Below are positions 37,049 to 47,695 of a stretch of DNA of 64,000 nt, in pieces; position 1 is the first letter of the stretch; every line of letters begins with the position of its first letter. The DNA lies in the NCBI GenBank assembly GCA_016795145.1, contig JAEUII010000128.1:8594-72593 (forward strand). The letters run 5' to 3'. The translations under genes and the position numbers were made by a program. The stretch is from Planctomycetaceae bacterium. Its GTDB lineage: Bacteria; Planctomycetota; Planctomycetia; Planctomycetales; Planctomycetaceae. The notes beneath the pieces were generated by a model. It was given only the letters and a program-made list of their open reading frames with translations, was not told where the DNA came from and searched no databases.

Positions 37049-38368
37049 ATGGCGATGAACCAGATCAGGACTTACGGCATTTTGGTTGCGGCTTTGCTGA
37101 GCACTCCTGGGTATTCAGCCCCCGCCTTGATGGCTCAGGATGATTTCGAAGGGCCGCCGATCTCCTACAGTGAAACGACGCCCGACAACTGCATCAGCCG
37201 ATTGCAGGATCGACTGAACAAGGGCGAAGTTGTTCTGGAGCACGACAATCACTTTGGGTACGTCAAAGCGGTTCTGCAGGCTCTGAATGTGCCGCTGGAA
37301 TCGCAGTCGCTTGTGTTCTCCAAGACCAGCCTTCAGCTTCGTCGGATCAATCCGAAGACGCCGCGAGCGATCTACTTCAACTCGGACGTCTACATTGGCT
37401 TTTGCCAAAATGGCGACGTGATGGAAGTGTCTGCCGTCGACCCGAAGCTTGGCACCGTCTTCTACACGATGGACCAGAAGAAGTCGGATGGCGTTCCGCA
37501 GTTTGATCGTCGAACGGATAACTGCCTTGTCTGCCACAGTTCTTCACGGACCGAAGGAGTTCCAGGGCATCTGGTGCGATCACTTCTGACGGATGCCGGA
37601 GGACAGCCATTGCTCGCGGCCGGAAGCAAGAACGTCAATCATTCCACTCCGATCGAAGAACGCTGGGGTGGCTGGTATGTGACCGGACTTGCAGGTTCCC
37701 AGAAGCACATGGGAAACCTGATCATGTCCCGTGATGAGGTGCCGGAGAAGATTGATAACACGGCCGGACAGAACGTCACCGATCTGTCGGACCGTTTTTC
37801 CGTGTCTCAGTATCTGACGCCTCACAGTGACATTGTCGCCTTGATGGTTCTGGAACATCAGGTGCTGGTTCACAACCGCATTGCTCGTGCAAGCTTTGCT
37901 GTTCGTGAAGCGCTGCATTACGAAACGATGCTGAATGAAGCACTGAAGAACCCCGCGGGAACTCGACTTGAAAGCACGACTCGCCGGATTCAAAGCGCCG
38001 GGGATCGGCTGGTGGAAGCACTGCTGTTCAGCGGCGAAGCGAAAATCACTGAAGAGATTAAGGGCACTTCCGGCTATGCGGAGATCTTTGCGAAGAACGT
38101 ACCTCATGATTCCACGGGGCGTTCCCTGTACGATCTTGATCTGAAGTCACGGATGTTCCAGTACCCCTGCAGCTACCTTGTCTATTCAGAAGCCTTCAAT
38201 GCTCTGCCGGCCGACATGAAGACCTACGTCTGGCAGAAACTCTGGGACGTTCTGAACGGCAAAGACACAAGCGGCAAGTATGCTCACCTGACCGAAGCGG
38301 ACCGGACGGCGATTCTGGAGATCCTGCGGGCCACCAAGACGGACCTGCCTGATTACTGGCGATCGTGA
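37049..38368 (+). CDS. Hypothetical secreted protein with a single CXXCH haem-c motif
   Basis: The N-terminus is signal-like ([29 protein letters not shown]). It has one DNCLVCHSS motif. The start may instead be the ATG at 37055. Confidence 0.6.
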   Translation: MAMNQIRTYGILVAALLSTPGYSAPALMAQDDFEGPPISYSETTPDNCISRLQDRLNKGEVVLEHDNHFGYVKAVLQALNVPLESQSLVFSKTSLQLRRINPKTPRAIYFNSDVYIGFCQNGDVMEVSAVDPKLGTVFYTMDQKKSDGVPQFDRRTDNCLVCHSSSRTEGVPGHLVRSLLTDAGGQPLLAAGSKNVNHSTPIEERWGGWYVTGLAGSQKHMGNLIMSRDEVPEKIDNTAGQNVTDLSDRFSVSQYLTPHSDIVALMVLEHQVLVHNRIARASFAVREALHYETMLNEALKNPAGTRLESTTRRIQSAGDRLVEALLFSGEAKITEEIKGTSGYAEIFAKNVPHDSTGRSLYDLDLKSRMFQYPCSYLVYSEAFNALPADMKTYVWQKLWDVLNGKDTSGKYAHLTEADRTAILEILRATKTDLPDYWRS

Positions 38369-38372
38369 TTCA

Positions 38373-38438
38373 CAGTTTTCAGTTTTCAGTTTTCAGTTTT
38401 CAGTTTTCAGTTTTCAGGTTTCAGTGTTCAGGTTTCAG
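38373..38438. repeat. Heptanucleotide microsatellite (CAGTTTT)5 plus 4 degenerate units
   Basis: cagtttt x5 is followed by caggttt, cagtgtt, caggttt and cagcgtt. It starts 5 nt after the stop codon at 38366-38368. Confidence 0.9.
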
Positions 38439-38562
38439 CGTTCAGCGACGCTTTGTGGCCCGCCCCCGAGCTTGCTGGCGCTCGCTCGACCCCTCCGAAA
38501 CGAGGTTTGGGTGGGGAGGAATTCAATGTATTGCTGCCGACGCTCGGGGCCAGCAGGGAAAC

Positions 38563-38597
38563 AAAAAAACGCCAACGAGTGTTCGTTGGCGTTTTTT
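38563..38597. terminator. Bidirectional rho-independent terminator between convergent genes
   Basis: An 11-bp perfect stem (aacgccaacga / tcgttggcgtt) with loop gtgt is flanked by an A7 run upstream and a T-run downstream. Confidence 0.8.
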
Positions 38598-38622
38598 GTA
38601 TTTTGGTCCTGGTCAAACCTGA

Positions 38623-39387
38623 TTAGCGATCGGCGAATGCGACTGCTTTGAGGTATTCTCGGTTCAGGCGGGCGATGTGGGCGACGGACACTTCAGCCGG
38701 GCATGCTGCTTCACACTCGGAGGTGTTGGTGCAGGATCCGAAGCCTTCTTTGTCCATCTGAGCCACCATGCCAAGGACTCGGCTTGTTCGTTCCGGATGT
38801 CCCTGAGGCAGGACGGCCAGTTGAGAAACCTTGGCTGACACGAACAGCATCGCAGACGCATTCTTGCAGGCGGCCACACAGGCTCCACAGCCGATGCAGG
38901 CTGCGGCGTCCATTGCGACTTCCTGGCGAGCACCTGGAACCGGAATGCAGTTTCCGTCCGGAGCATTTCCTGTGTTCACAGACACGTAGCCGCCGGAAGC
39001 GATGATCCGGTCAAATGCGGATCGATCCACAACCAGGTCTCGCACCACTGGAAACGCGGCCGCTCGCCATGGTTCGATGGTGATGACCTGACCGTTCTGG
39101 AATCGTCGCATATGCAGCTGACAGGTCGTCGTTCCCTTGTCGGGACCGTGAGCCTGGCCGTTGATCATCAGGCTGCACATACCACAGATGCCTTCGCGGC
39201 AGTCGTGGTCGAACGCCACAGGTTCCTGCCCATCCGCAATCAGCTGTTCGTTCAGAACGTCCAGCATCTCAAGGAAGGACATGTGAGTATTCACGCCGTT
39301 CAGGCGATACTCTTTGAATGCTCCCTGAGTATTTGGACCAGGCTGTCGCCACACACGCAGAGTCAGATTGAGTGTCTCGCTGCTCAT
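38623..39387 (-). CDS. sdhB: Succinate dehydrogenase/fumarate reductase iron-sulfur subunit
   Basis: The Cys clusters are [20 protein letters not shown] and [12 protein letters not shown]. The stop of sdhA lies 2 nt upstream. Confidence 0.9.
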   Translation of the reverse strand: MSSETLNLTLRVWRQPGPNTQGAFKEYRLNGVNTHMSFLEMLDVLNEQLIADGQEPVAFDHDCREGICGMCSLMINGQAHGPDKGTTTCQLHMRRFQNGQVITIEPWRAAAFPVVRDLVVDRSAFDRIIASGGYVSVNTGNAPDGNCIPVPGARQEVAMDAAACIGCGACVAACKNASAMLFVSAKVSQLAVLPQGHPERTSRVLGMVAQMDKEGFGSCTNTSECEAACPAEVSVAHIARLNREYLKAVAFADR

Positions 39388-39389
39388 GG

Positions 39390-41321
39390 TTATTTGTAGC
39401 TCCTGGTCGAAGGCTTCACATTTTCGAAGATCAGCGGTTCTTTGTGCAGGACAGGCTCATTGCCCGCACCCTGGAATTCCCAGCCCGATACATAGCTAAA
39501 CTGATCATCATTTCGCTTGGCTTCACCGTCGTCTGTCTGGTGTTCTTCACGGAAGTGACCACCACACGATTCTTCGCGGTGAAGAGCATCCACGGCCAGC
39601 AGTTCGGCGAACTCCATGAAGTCCGCGACTCGACCAGCCTTCTCAAGGCTCTGGTTGAGCGATTCACCGGAACCCAGTACGCGCACGTCTTTCCAGAACT
39701 GTTCTCGCAGGTCGCGAATTTTCGGGATGGCGTCTTCAAGGCCAGCCTTGTTGCGAGCCATACCGCACTTGTCCCACATCAGCAGGCCAAGTTCGCGATG
39801 GAATGAATCGACGCTTCGTCGACCTCGGATGTTCAGCAGCTTGCTGATTCGGTCCTCTGCGTCTTTCTTCGCAGCGACGCACGCCGGATGATCTTCTGCG
39901 ACCTTTTCAAACTTCGAAGAAGCGAGGTAATCACCGATCGTATAAGGAATCACGAAGTAACCATCGGAGAGACCCTGCATCAAAGCACTCGCTCCGAGGC
40001 GGTTTGCACCGTGGTCGGAGAAGTTGGCTTCACCCAGAACATAAAGTCCCGGCAGGTTGCTCATCAGGTTGTAATCCACCCACAGACCACCCATCGTGTA
40101 GTGGACCGCGGGGTAGATTCGCATCGGAGTCTGGTAAGGATTCTCCGCTGTGATCTTTTCATACATGTGGAACAGGTTGCCGTATCGCTTACGAACAGCA
40201 TCTTCTCCGTCACGCTTAATTGCATCACGGAAGTCGAGGTACACCGCGAGTCCCGAATCGCCGACACCGAACCCTGCGTCACAGCGTTCCTTGGCAGCTC
40301 GTGATGAAATGTCGCGAGGTGCCAGGTTGCCGAACGATGGGTAGCGTCGTTCCAGATAGTAGTCTCGTTCGTCATCCGGGATCTGGCCAGGGGCTCGCTT
40401 GTCACCCTTGGATTTCGGAACCCAGACTCGCCCGTCGTTTCGAAGGCTTTCGCTCATCAGAGTCAGCTTGGACTGATAGTCACCACTGACCGGGATGCAC
40501 GTTGGATGAATCTGTGTGTAGCAGGGATTGGCGAAGTAAGCACCGCGGCGATGACATCGCCAGGCAGCCGTGACGTTGCAGCCTTTGGCATTTGTCGACA
40601 GGTAGTAAACGTTGCCGTAACCACCGGTACACAACACGACCGCATCGGCGGTGTGAACTTCCAGCTGACCGTTGGACAGATTTCGAACAACGATCCCTCG
40701 CGCGACACCGTCGATCACGACAAGTTCAACCATCTCGCGACGGCCGTACATCTTGACCTTGCCCGTCGACACCTGACGCATCAGTGCCTGGTAGGCACCA
40801 AGCAGAAGCTGCTGTCCGGTTTGGCCACGGCAATAGAATGTTCGGGACAGCTGAGCACCGCCGAAGGAGCGATTTGCCAGCGCGCCACCGTACTCTCGAG
40901 CAAACGGAACACCCTGAGCCACGCACTGATCGATGATGTTGTTCGCGACCTGAGCCAGGCGATACACGTTGGCTTCGCGAGCGCGATAGTCGCCGCCTTT
41001 CAGAGTGTCGTAGAACAGTCGATAAATGCTGTCGCCGTCATTCGGATAGTTCTTGGCCGCATTGATCCCGCCCTGAGCGGCGATCGAGTGTGCTCGACGA
41101 GGACTGTCCTGAAAACAGAACGCCTTGACGTTATAGCCGAGTTCCCCCAGCGACGCCGCGGCCGAGCCGCCAGCCAGTCCGGTTCCCACCACAATCACGC
41201 TGTACTTGCGTTTGTTGGCCGGGTTCACCAGCTTCATATTGAACCGATGCTTGTCCCACTTCTGCTGAAGCGGACCGTCGGGAACTCGCGAGTTCAGCTG
41301 ATCACTTGCCACGCGAAACAT
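39390..41321 (-). CDS. sdhA: Succinate dehydrogenase/fumarate reductase flavoprotein subunit
   Basis: [14 protein letters not shown] is the FAD-binding motif. [14 protein letters not shown] contains the covalent-FAD His context. Other matches are HPTCIP and [10 protein letters not shown]. Confidence 0.9.
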   Translation of the reverse strand: MFRVASDQLNSRVPDGPLQQKWDKHRFNMKLVNPANKRKYSVIVVGTGLAGGSAAASLGELGYNVKAFCFQDSPRRAHSIAAQGGINAAKNYPNDGDSIYRLFYDTLKGGDYRAREANVYRLAQVANNIIDQCVAQGVPFAREYGGALANRSFGGAQLSRTFYCRGQTGQQLLLGAYQALMRQVSTGKVKMYGRREMVELVVIDGVARGIVVRNLSNGQLEVHTADAVVLCTGGYGNVYYLSTNAKGCNVTAAWRCHRRGAYFANPCYTQIHPTCIPVSGDYQSKLTLMSESLRNDGRVWVPKSKGDKRAPGQIPDDERDYYLERRYPSFGNLAPRDISSRAAKERCDAGFGVGDSGLAVYLDFRDAIKRDGEDAVRKRYGNLFHMYEKITAENPYQTPMRIYPAVHYTMGGLWVDYNLMSNLPGLYVLGEANFSDHGANRLGASALMQGLSDGYFVIPYTIGDYLASSKFEKVAEDHPACVAAKKDAEDRISKLLNIRGRRSVDSFHRELGLLMWDKCGMARNKAGLEDAIPKIRDLREQFWKDVRVLGSGESLNQSLEKAGRVADFMEFAELLAVDALHREESCGGHFREEHQTDDGEAKRNDDQFSYVSGWEFQGAGNEPVLHKEPLIFENVKPSTRSYK

Positions 41322-41391
41322 CGGAAGACCTCAAACTCTGCGATAAAGAATCAGAAAAACGCAGCTCAAACCGGAACGACCGCAGTTCACA

Positions 41392-42147
41392 TCAGCTCTT
41401 ATGAGCAAACGCCCATGCGATCAGGCTGATGAATCCGCCTGCGATTGCCCACGCAAACAGGAAACCTGTCCAGCGGAGAATGAAGTTCCAGTTCTTATGA
41501 TTCAGCCCCAGCGTCTGCAGTGCACTGCGAACACCATGGCTCAAATGGATACCAAGTGCGATCAGTCCAATCAGATAGATCAATGCGTGTAGCGGGTGAG
41601 ACAGGACAGCTTTCACAGCCTGAAATTCGTTGTCTGCAACCTTCTCCGCATTCAAAGCAGCGGTGTAATCAACGCCGATGCCTTTCTTGAACTTCATGTC
41701 GACGATGTGAACGACGAGGAACGCAAGAATCACAAAGCCGGTTACGACCATCCAGCTGAAGGCTCCGCCGGGGATGATGAAAATTCCCTGTTTGGATTCC
41801 TTCATCGCATAGGACTGTCCTCGAGCCACTCGGTTCATCGCACCGGTTGAAATCGCCAGGCCGATGTGGAATGCAAAAGTGGCAAACAGACCGATCTCGG
41901 CCGCCGCTAGAATCGGACCGAGGCTGTGCAGCTTATGAGCATAGTCGTTGAAGACCTGCTCCCCTGCGAACAGCTGAAGGTTGCCCGCAAGATGGGCGAT
42001 AAGGAATCCGCAAAGCGAAAGTCCGGTGATCGCCATGACCACCTTTTGACCTACGGATGTCGAACAGGCTCGAATCACGGGACCAAGCCCGGGAACCTTT
42101 GACAGGACTTGAGCCGGCACGCTGAGAAATCGAAGCAGAGCGTTCAA
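41392..42147 (-). CDS. sdhC: Succinate dehydrogenase cytochrome b subunit (b558-type, five TM)
   Basis: It is polytopic, with GQKVVMAITGLSLCGFLIAHLAGNL and conserved His in the TM helices. It lies immediately upstream of sdhA. The start is TTG and the exact start is uncertain. Confidence 0.7.
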   Translation of the reverse strand: MNALLRFLSVPAQVLSKVPGLGPVIRACSTSVGQKVVMAITGLSLCGFLIAHLAGNLQLFAGEQVFNDYAHKLHSLGPILAAAEIGLFATFAFHIGLAISTGAMNRVARGQSYAMKESKQGIFIIPGGAFSWMVVTGFVILAFLVVHIVDMKFKKGIGVDYTAALNAEKVADNEFQAVKAVLSHPLHALIYLIGLIALGIHLSHGVRSALQTLGLNHKNWNFILRWTGFLFAWAIAGGFISLIAWAFAHKS

Positions 42148-42513
42148 GAGCTATGCTCCTCCCGGAGAAAGACGGTCAAATGAAGGGTGTCTGGAAATCC
42201 GCACGCAAGACTCCGGATTTCGCAGGATTCCTCGGATTATAGGAGCCCCCATCTGAACTGCAACGAGCCGCAAATCCTCTCTTTCCTCCGAGAGTTTCCG
42301 CGCCGCTCCGGGAACTCACGCAACCGTTCTGCGTGTTTCATCCGCTAAGAAGTGATCGAATTGACTCCCTGGCGTACCCGTTTTCGCTCGTATCCTGTCG
42401 ACGATCCCAACCCGCTGCGTCAGCGAGGGATCACCGTGGGGACCTGCATTCGTTGGATCCCTCACTGACGTTTCGGTTTACGAAGTGTCAGCAAGTGAAT
42501 GCCTGCCAGTCCA

Positions 42514-42652
42514 AAGTCGCGGTTCGCTCCGTCGAACCGAGCGTTTATCTACCGCGTGGCGCAGTGTGCCTTATCGGTGTTGCAAAGCTGCGCGGGGCTG
42601 TGTGCTGGTCGGAGTGCTTGGGGCGTTCTGTTCGACGGAGCGAACAACGACT
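42514..42652. repeat. Inverted, shortened copy of the 191-bp unit, directly downstream of the lysA stop
   Basis: aagtcgcggttcgctccgtcgaaccgagcgtttatctaccgcgtggcgca and ggggcgttctgttcgacggagcgaacaacgactc match the reverse complement of the 20338-20790 unit. Confidence 0.8.
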
Positions 42653-42656
42653 CTGG

Positions 42657-43910
42657 CTACCCCTTTAGCCCGCTAAAGTCCACGGTCGCGAAATAGTCTT
42701 CGGCGGTTTCCGCCCGGCGGATCATCTTCACGCTTCCGTCTTCTTTCAGCAGCAGTTCCGCACAACGAAGCTTGCCGTTGTACTGGAAGCCCATTGCGTG
42801 ACCATGAGCACCCGCATCATGAATCACGAGCAGGTCACCTCGTTCGACCTTTGGCAGTGGACGCTGGATGGCAAACTTGTCGTTGTTCTCACACAGTGAC
42901 CCGACGACGTCGACAATTTGATCACAAGGAGCATTCTCCTTACCCAGCACCGAAATGTGATGGTACGCACCATACATGCCTGGTCGCATCAGGTTGGCCA
43001 TGCAGGCATCGACACCGACATAGTTGCGGTAGATGTTCTTGTGATGCACGGCTGCGGTGACCAGGAACCCATGAGGTCCTGTGATCATGCGTCCGTTTTC
43101 CATCTTGATCTGAAGAGGATGCAGGGCGGTTCCTGCGATCATCGAATCGTACAACGCCTTGACTCCCTGGCCGACGGCTTTCAGGTCGACAGGCTGTTGT
43201 TCCGGTCGGTATGGAATGCCAATGCCGCCGCCGAGGTTGACGAATTCGATACGGATGCCAACCTGAGCATAAAGCCGCTGTGCCAGTTCAAACAGCATAC
43301 GAGCTGTCTCAACGAAGAACTCGCCCTTCAGCTCATTCGATGCAACCATGGTGTGAAGACCGAATCGCTTCACGCCGGCATCACGCAGTTTTCGGTAACC
43401 GTCGAACAGCTGCTCTTCGGTAAAGCCGTACTTGGCTTCTTCCGGCTTGCCGATGATCACATTGCCCTCGCGAGCCGAGCCTGGGTTGTAACGGAAGCAC
43501 AGAAGTTCCGGCAGTCCGACGTGCTCTTTGAGGTAGTCGATATGTGTCAGGTCGTCCAGATTGACGATGGCTCCCAGTTCGACCGCCTTACGATATTCAT
43601 GAGCAAGCGTGTTGTTGGACGTGAACATAATGTCCTCGCCCGTCAAACCAACTCGCTCCGAGATCATCAGTTCAGGAAGGCTGGAACAGTCTGCTCCGAG
43701 ACCTTCTTCCTTCAGCACCTGAACGATGTAAGGATTCGGCAGTGCCTTGACAGCATAGTACTCGCGAAATCCCGGGTTCCATGCGAACGCCGCGTTCAGA
43801 TCGCGCGCTGATTTGCGAATCCCTTTTTCGTCGTACAGATAAAACGGAGTCGGGTACTTCTCAGCGATCTTTCGAACAAGAGCGGCGTCAAAGGGCAGAG
43901 GCTTTTGCAT
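42657..43910 (-). CDS. lysA: Diaminopimelate decarboxylase-family PLP enzyme
   Basis: Motifs are YPTPFYLYDE, YAVKALPN (the PLP Lys), GGGIGIPY and GSLCENND. These are alanine-racemase-fold group IV decarboxylase motifs. Confidence 0.7.
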   Translation of the reverse strand: MQKPLPFDAALVRKIAEKYPTPFYLYDEKGIRKSARDLNAAFAWNPGFREYYAVKALPNPYIVQVLKEEGLGADCSSLPELMISERVGLTGEDIMFTSNNTLAHEYRKAVELGAIVNLDDLTHIDYLKEHVGLPELLCFRYNPGSAREGNVIIGKPEEAKYGFTEEQLFDGYRKLRDAGVKRFGLHTMVASNELKGEFFVETARMLFELAQRLYAQVGIRIEFVNLGGGIGIPYRPEQQPVDLKAVGQGVKALYDSMIAGTALHPLQIKMENGRMITGPHGFLVTAAVHHKNIYRNYVGVDACMANLMRPGMYGAYHHISVLGKENAPCDQIVDVVGSLCENNDKFAIQRPLPKVERGDLLVIHDAGAHGHAMGFQYNGKLRCAELLLKEDGSVKMIRRAETAEDYFATVDFSGLKG

Positions 43911-44128
43911 GGACGAGGAACTTTCCCGAGTAAATAAAGACTCGACAGACGCGTCGAATCACCAGAACTGCGAACCGCGTAGGATGCCGATCGCGGGCGA
44001 AACTGCCAGAGAATCGGGCGGAGAATCTTACTGAATGCACTGACATCCCGTCACAGCCGCATGAAACCCATGAACGATTTCCATCGATGAGAGTCGAGAA
44101 TGCAAAGTGCGAAGGGATCCGAAATCGT

Positions 44129-45259
44129 TCACGGCTTCTGCCAGAACTTCCACCATGGCCGATCAGGCAGCTGTTCACTGACGGGCGGGGCGGAATCAAG
44201 GTTCAGCGTCTTCCACCATTCCTGGACCGTTTCTTCCGAAAGAGTTTCCTGAATGGTGAGGCTCGATGGGGCTGCGTAGAGTGGCGGACCGAAGAAACCC
44301 GCATCCCAAACACGACTCTGCATGATTGGCGGCCACAGAAGGATGACGGCTTCACCTCGAACTTCCGGGATCGCTGCCGGTGACCCTTCGCCCCAGATCG
44401 ATTCCATCAAATCAGGTCGAGGACTAGTGCCGGCTCCGTAATGCCACCAGGCTTCGTCTGATCCTTCAGCAGGACACTCGCCCGAGGCGACTTCGAGCAT
44501 TTCCTTCGTAGGCTGACGACAGTTGGGCAAAAGCTTCGATAACGCACACTGCAAGAGTGTGAAGAGATGAAAGCAGTTGCCGAGGTTGTTATAGCGAACT
44601 CGAAATCCCCTTCGAGATTCCACGTGGAAGACAAGAATGCTGCCACTGCATCGCCGCAGGAGCTCCAGTACCCAGACCGGACCAACAGAAAAACTGGCGG
44701 CTCGTTCCAGCAGATCATGCACATCAGCCTGGGCCGCGAGTTCAAGTCGCGCCGCTTCGGAATGGGCCAGGTGAGCAACGATCGACTGCCCCAGATACTC
44801 CAGTCCTATTTCAAGCTCTGCCGGGACCTCAAGATCATTCTCATCCAGGTCCTCATCCTCGTCTTCATCTTCGTCCTCATCCTCATGCAGATCCTCATCC
44901 TCATCCTGCTCGTCCGATGAGACTGCTGACTGGGGATTCTGCTGCTCATGTTCCAGATAGATGCGTTCCAGTTCACCGCACCATCGAAGAAATGTCTCCC
45001 AGATAGCCGGCAGAGACGTTTCCGGATCTGCACCGTTCTCAACCGATGCTCCAAACCAGACAGCCAGAAACCCCGCGCCGGCCGGCGCGTTGATTTGTGG
45101 AAGCTCGGCAATGATCAGTGATCGAATGCTGCTTCCGTGTTCGTGTTCCTGAACAGCGCTCAGGGCTTCTCGCAGTGCGAACTCCGGCTCTCGTTCGGTC
45201 TGTTCGTTGGCTGCAGCGATCACAGCCTGAGCCAGCTGCTGAATCTCATTCACATCCAC
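44129..45259 (-). CDS. Hypothetical protein with a long acidic tract
   Basis: 376 aa. It contains DEQDEDEDLHEDEDEDEDEDEDLDENDLE (nt about 44829-44918). It starts 5 nt after the upstream gene's stop codon. Confidence 0.6.
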   Translation of the reverse strand: MDVNEIQQLAQAVIAAANEQTEREPEFALREALSAVQEHEHGSSIRSLIIAELPQINAPAGAGFLAVWFGASVENGADPETSLPAIWETFLRWCGELERIYLEHEQQNPQSAVSSDEQDEDEDLHEDEDEDEDEDEDLDENDLEVPAELEIGLEYLGQSIVAHLAHSEAARLELAAQADVHDLLERAASFSVGPVWVLELLRRCSGSILVFHVESRRGFRVRYNNLGNCFHLFTLLQCALSKLLPNCRQPTKEMLEVASGECPAEGSDEAWWHYGAGTSPRPDLMESIWGEGSPAAIPEVRGEAVILLWPPIMQSRVWDAGFFGPPLYAAPSSLTIQETLSEETVQEWWKTLNLDSAPPVSEQLPDRPWWKFWQKP

Positions 45260-45264
45260 GGTGA

Positions 45265-46494
45265 CTATTCCTGAAGCAACAGCAGTTTCGCGTCCGCCAA
45301 ATCCAGCCAGTCGCAGATGCTCTCCCCATCGCCATAATCAACCGTCACATGAAGAGTCGAGACTCCTTCGACGGACAGCTGCACCGGAATGGGTTCATCC
45401 GTCGAAGTGATCATCCGGTCAAACAGCACTTTGTCATCGCCCCGGATGATCAGCTGCACTGCGTGAGTTCCGTTCGATGCAACTTCATCATCAATGCCCG
45501 CCAGGCATTCAAGGCTGCGATACTTTTGATCGAGTGCCCACGACATCTCTGTCTTCGAATGAATGCAGAGGCCCTTCGAGAATTCTCGCCCGCGAAGTCG
45601 CAGCTTCGACTGACGCTGGATGGTGATGTCTCGACGCGGACCAAACAGTAATTGCTGCTGTTCTTCGGTTGCCAGCCCGGAGAGCAGGCTATTCTCCGGA
45701 TCCGCGCCAAGGAACTTTTCTTCCAGAGCCGCAAGATCCGACAGGTAGGCTAGTCGGCCGCCACTCAGATCAATCTGGCGCACTGCGTCGAGTGGAACAG
45801 GAAGCGTCTGGCCCCACGTGGTGACAACCTGCAACTGTCCAGCGGCCGATGTGAACTCCTTCATGGCCAGCTGATCGCCTGTGCCGAGCGATAGTTTGCC
45901 AGCGGGCATCGCACTCGGTGCCGCCCCGTCGGCTTTCCCGAAGACAACTCCGTAAACGCGTGCAAGTGGCACAGGAACTGTTTCGCCGTCCAGTAGAAAT
46001 TCCAGCTTCTCGCTGTCGAATGAAGAGACCACTCCAGCCAGAAAATCGAGGCCAGACCCGTCACGCTTGGCGACGATCAAAAGGTCCTTCGTCGTTTCAC
46101 GCTTTCGAAATGTTTCCCACTGCGGCCGAAAGGTGGGGTTGTCCGCCTGAAGACGAATGCTCTCCACAGCATCGACAGGAATCTCGATCGCTCCGAGTCC
46201 GCCGGACGTCAGTGAAACGGCTTTTGCAGTTCGGCTGCCCGCTGTGCCGGAAATCTCCGAGCCGTCGCGAAGGATCAAACGCTGTGGATCCGCTGATGCC
46301 GCGCCTGCTCCGCCTGGCATCGTGATGAGCAGCAGGTCGCTCACGGGAATGGTGACGCTTTGTCCGCCTGACTGCATCAGAAGTGATTCGGTGCTGATTG
46401 ATTCGAGCTTACCCGTTTCGGATGCGCCGCTGAGCCGAGTGATCTGGACATCCGTGGGAAGGGCGATGCACAACGACAGGAATAACGTAAACAT
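45265..46494 (-). CDS. Hypothetical exported protein with a C-terminal NPCBM-like domain
   Basis: The C-terminus is FSKGLCIHSKTEMSWALDQKYRSLECLAGIDDEV...VQLIIRGDDKVLFD...LHVTVDYGDGESICDWLDLADAKLL. It resembles the NPCBM/NEW2 carbohydrate-binding module pattern. The ATG at 46494 gives MFTLFLSLCIALP. Confidence 0.6.
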   Translation of the reverse strand: MFTLFLSLCIALPTDVQITRLSGASETGKLESISTESLLMQSGGQSVTIPVSDLLLITMPGGAGAASADPQRLILRDGSEISGTAGSRTAKAVSLTSGGLGAIEIPVDAVESIRLQADNPTFRPQWETFRKRETTKDLLIVAKRDGSGLDFLAGVVSSFDSEKLEFLLDGETVPVPLARVYGVVFGKADGAAPSAMPAGKLSLGTGDQLAMKEFTSAAGQLQVVTTWGQTLPVPLDAVRQIDLSGGRLAYLSDLAALEEKFLGADPENSLLSGLATEEQQQLLFGPRRDITIQRQSKLRLRGREFSKGLCIHSKTEMSWALDQKYRSLECLAGIDDEVASNGTHAVQLIIRGDDKVLFDRMITSTDEPIPVQLSVEGVSTLHVTVDYGDGESICDWLDLADAKLLLLQE

Positions 46495-46537
46495 CGGACC
46501 GGGCACTCCGTTCGTCTCGCAGGCACAAGATTCCGAA

Positions 46538-47695
46538 CTACTTTTTCTGTTCGGCGATGCGACGAGTATAGCGACTGATGGCGTCAAGGAAATTGGGCGG
46601 GAACTGCTGACGAATCAACTCACGCGCCTGAGCTTCCTGCTGCTTATCCAGCATGCCCCAGGCTCCGTTTTCCGTCAGCTCTTTTCGATCTGCATTTCCT
46701 TCACCCGCAGACCCCTTCACGCCACTGGAACCGGCTGGCTGAGTCGACGGCTGGTTTGATCCGCCGCCACTGTTACCGTTTTGCTGTTGTTGCTGTTGCT
46801 GCTGCTGTTGTTCCATGTCCTTCAGCAGCTTATCGAGCGCCGCAATGACTTCTTCTTCACGCTTCTGAACCGGATCATCAGACTTGCCCAGATCCAGTCG
46901 TCGCTGGACATCGGACATCAATCGAGCAATCTGAGGAAGTCCGTCCGCGGGAATGCCCGCTTCTTCCCGCATCATTTCCGCGACGGCTCGAAAACGCGCC
47001 GGGACGTCGGTTGTGTTATTCAACAGAAGGACCAGATCATCCGCTGCCTGATCCGGCTTCAGCAATCGCAGTCGACAAACCGCGCGGTAAAAGAACAGGC
47101 TGGCAGGATCAGCAATTTCTTCCGGCTTCAAAGGCTCAAGAAGTGTTAGAGCATCATCGTAAAGGCGATGCTGTGTTAACCAGCGAGCGTACCACAGCTG
47201 CACATGGTTTCGGTAAAAGCTCTCAGATCGAACACCTTCAAAATTCAGGACCGGTCGAGGACCCCCGGTGCGGCAGGAATCCACAAGCTGCTGAACCGAA
47301 TCGTCAACCATTGCGAACGATGCAATCAGTCGGTCGAGTGTTTCTTCCGCTGACATCGCAGCCACGACGCTCTGATCCGCCCAAAGCTGCAGCGCCTTGG
47401 CGGACTCAGCCTGATCTGCCTTGCTTAGCGCGAGCCAGCCGATGAGATTTTCATGGACCTGCTCCGGAGGCATTCGGACAAAGGCGGCCTTCGCCGGAGC
47501 GGCAGCAGGGTTAGCAGCAGGAGTTGCGGGTGCCGCGGCTGGTGGTGTTTCCTGAGCGGCCTGAACCGCGATGACCGAAGATGATCGGGCAGTCACACCG
47601 CGATCAGATTCCATGGCCACTGTTTCGGAGAGCAGGCCGGGACAGTTCCCTGCCAATCCCAGAACGACACACAATGCAGCACTGCGACTCATCAT
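46538..47695 (-). CDS. Hypothetical exported protein with a poly-Q tract
   Basis: The N-terminus MMSRSAALCVVLGLAGN is signal-like. It has a Q10 run (46781-46810) followed by a G/S-rich segment. The C-terminus is FPPNFLDAISRYTRRIAEQKK. Its ATG overlaps the rimO stop codon as ATGA. Confidence 0.6.
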   Translation of the reverse strand: MMSRSAALCVVLGLAGNCPGLLSETVAMESDRGVTARSSSVIAVQAAQETPPAAAPATPAANPAAAPAKAAFVRMPPEQVHENLIGWLALSKADQAESAKALQLWADQSVVAAMSAEETLDRLIASFAMVDDSVQQLVDSCRTGGPRPVLNFEGVRSESFYRNHVQLWYARWLTQHRLYDDALTLLEPLKPEEIADPASLFFYRAVCRLRLLKPDQAADDLVLLLNNTTDVPARFRAVAEMMREEAGIPADGLPQIARLMSDVQRRLDLGKSDDPVQKREEEVIAALDKLLKDMEQQQQQQQQQQNGNSGGGSNQPSTQPAGSSGVKGSAGEGNADRKELTENGAWGMLDKQQEAQARELIRQQFPPNFLDAISRYTRRIAEQKK

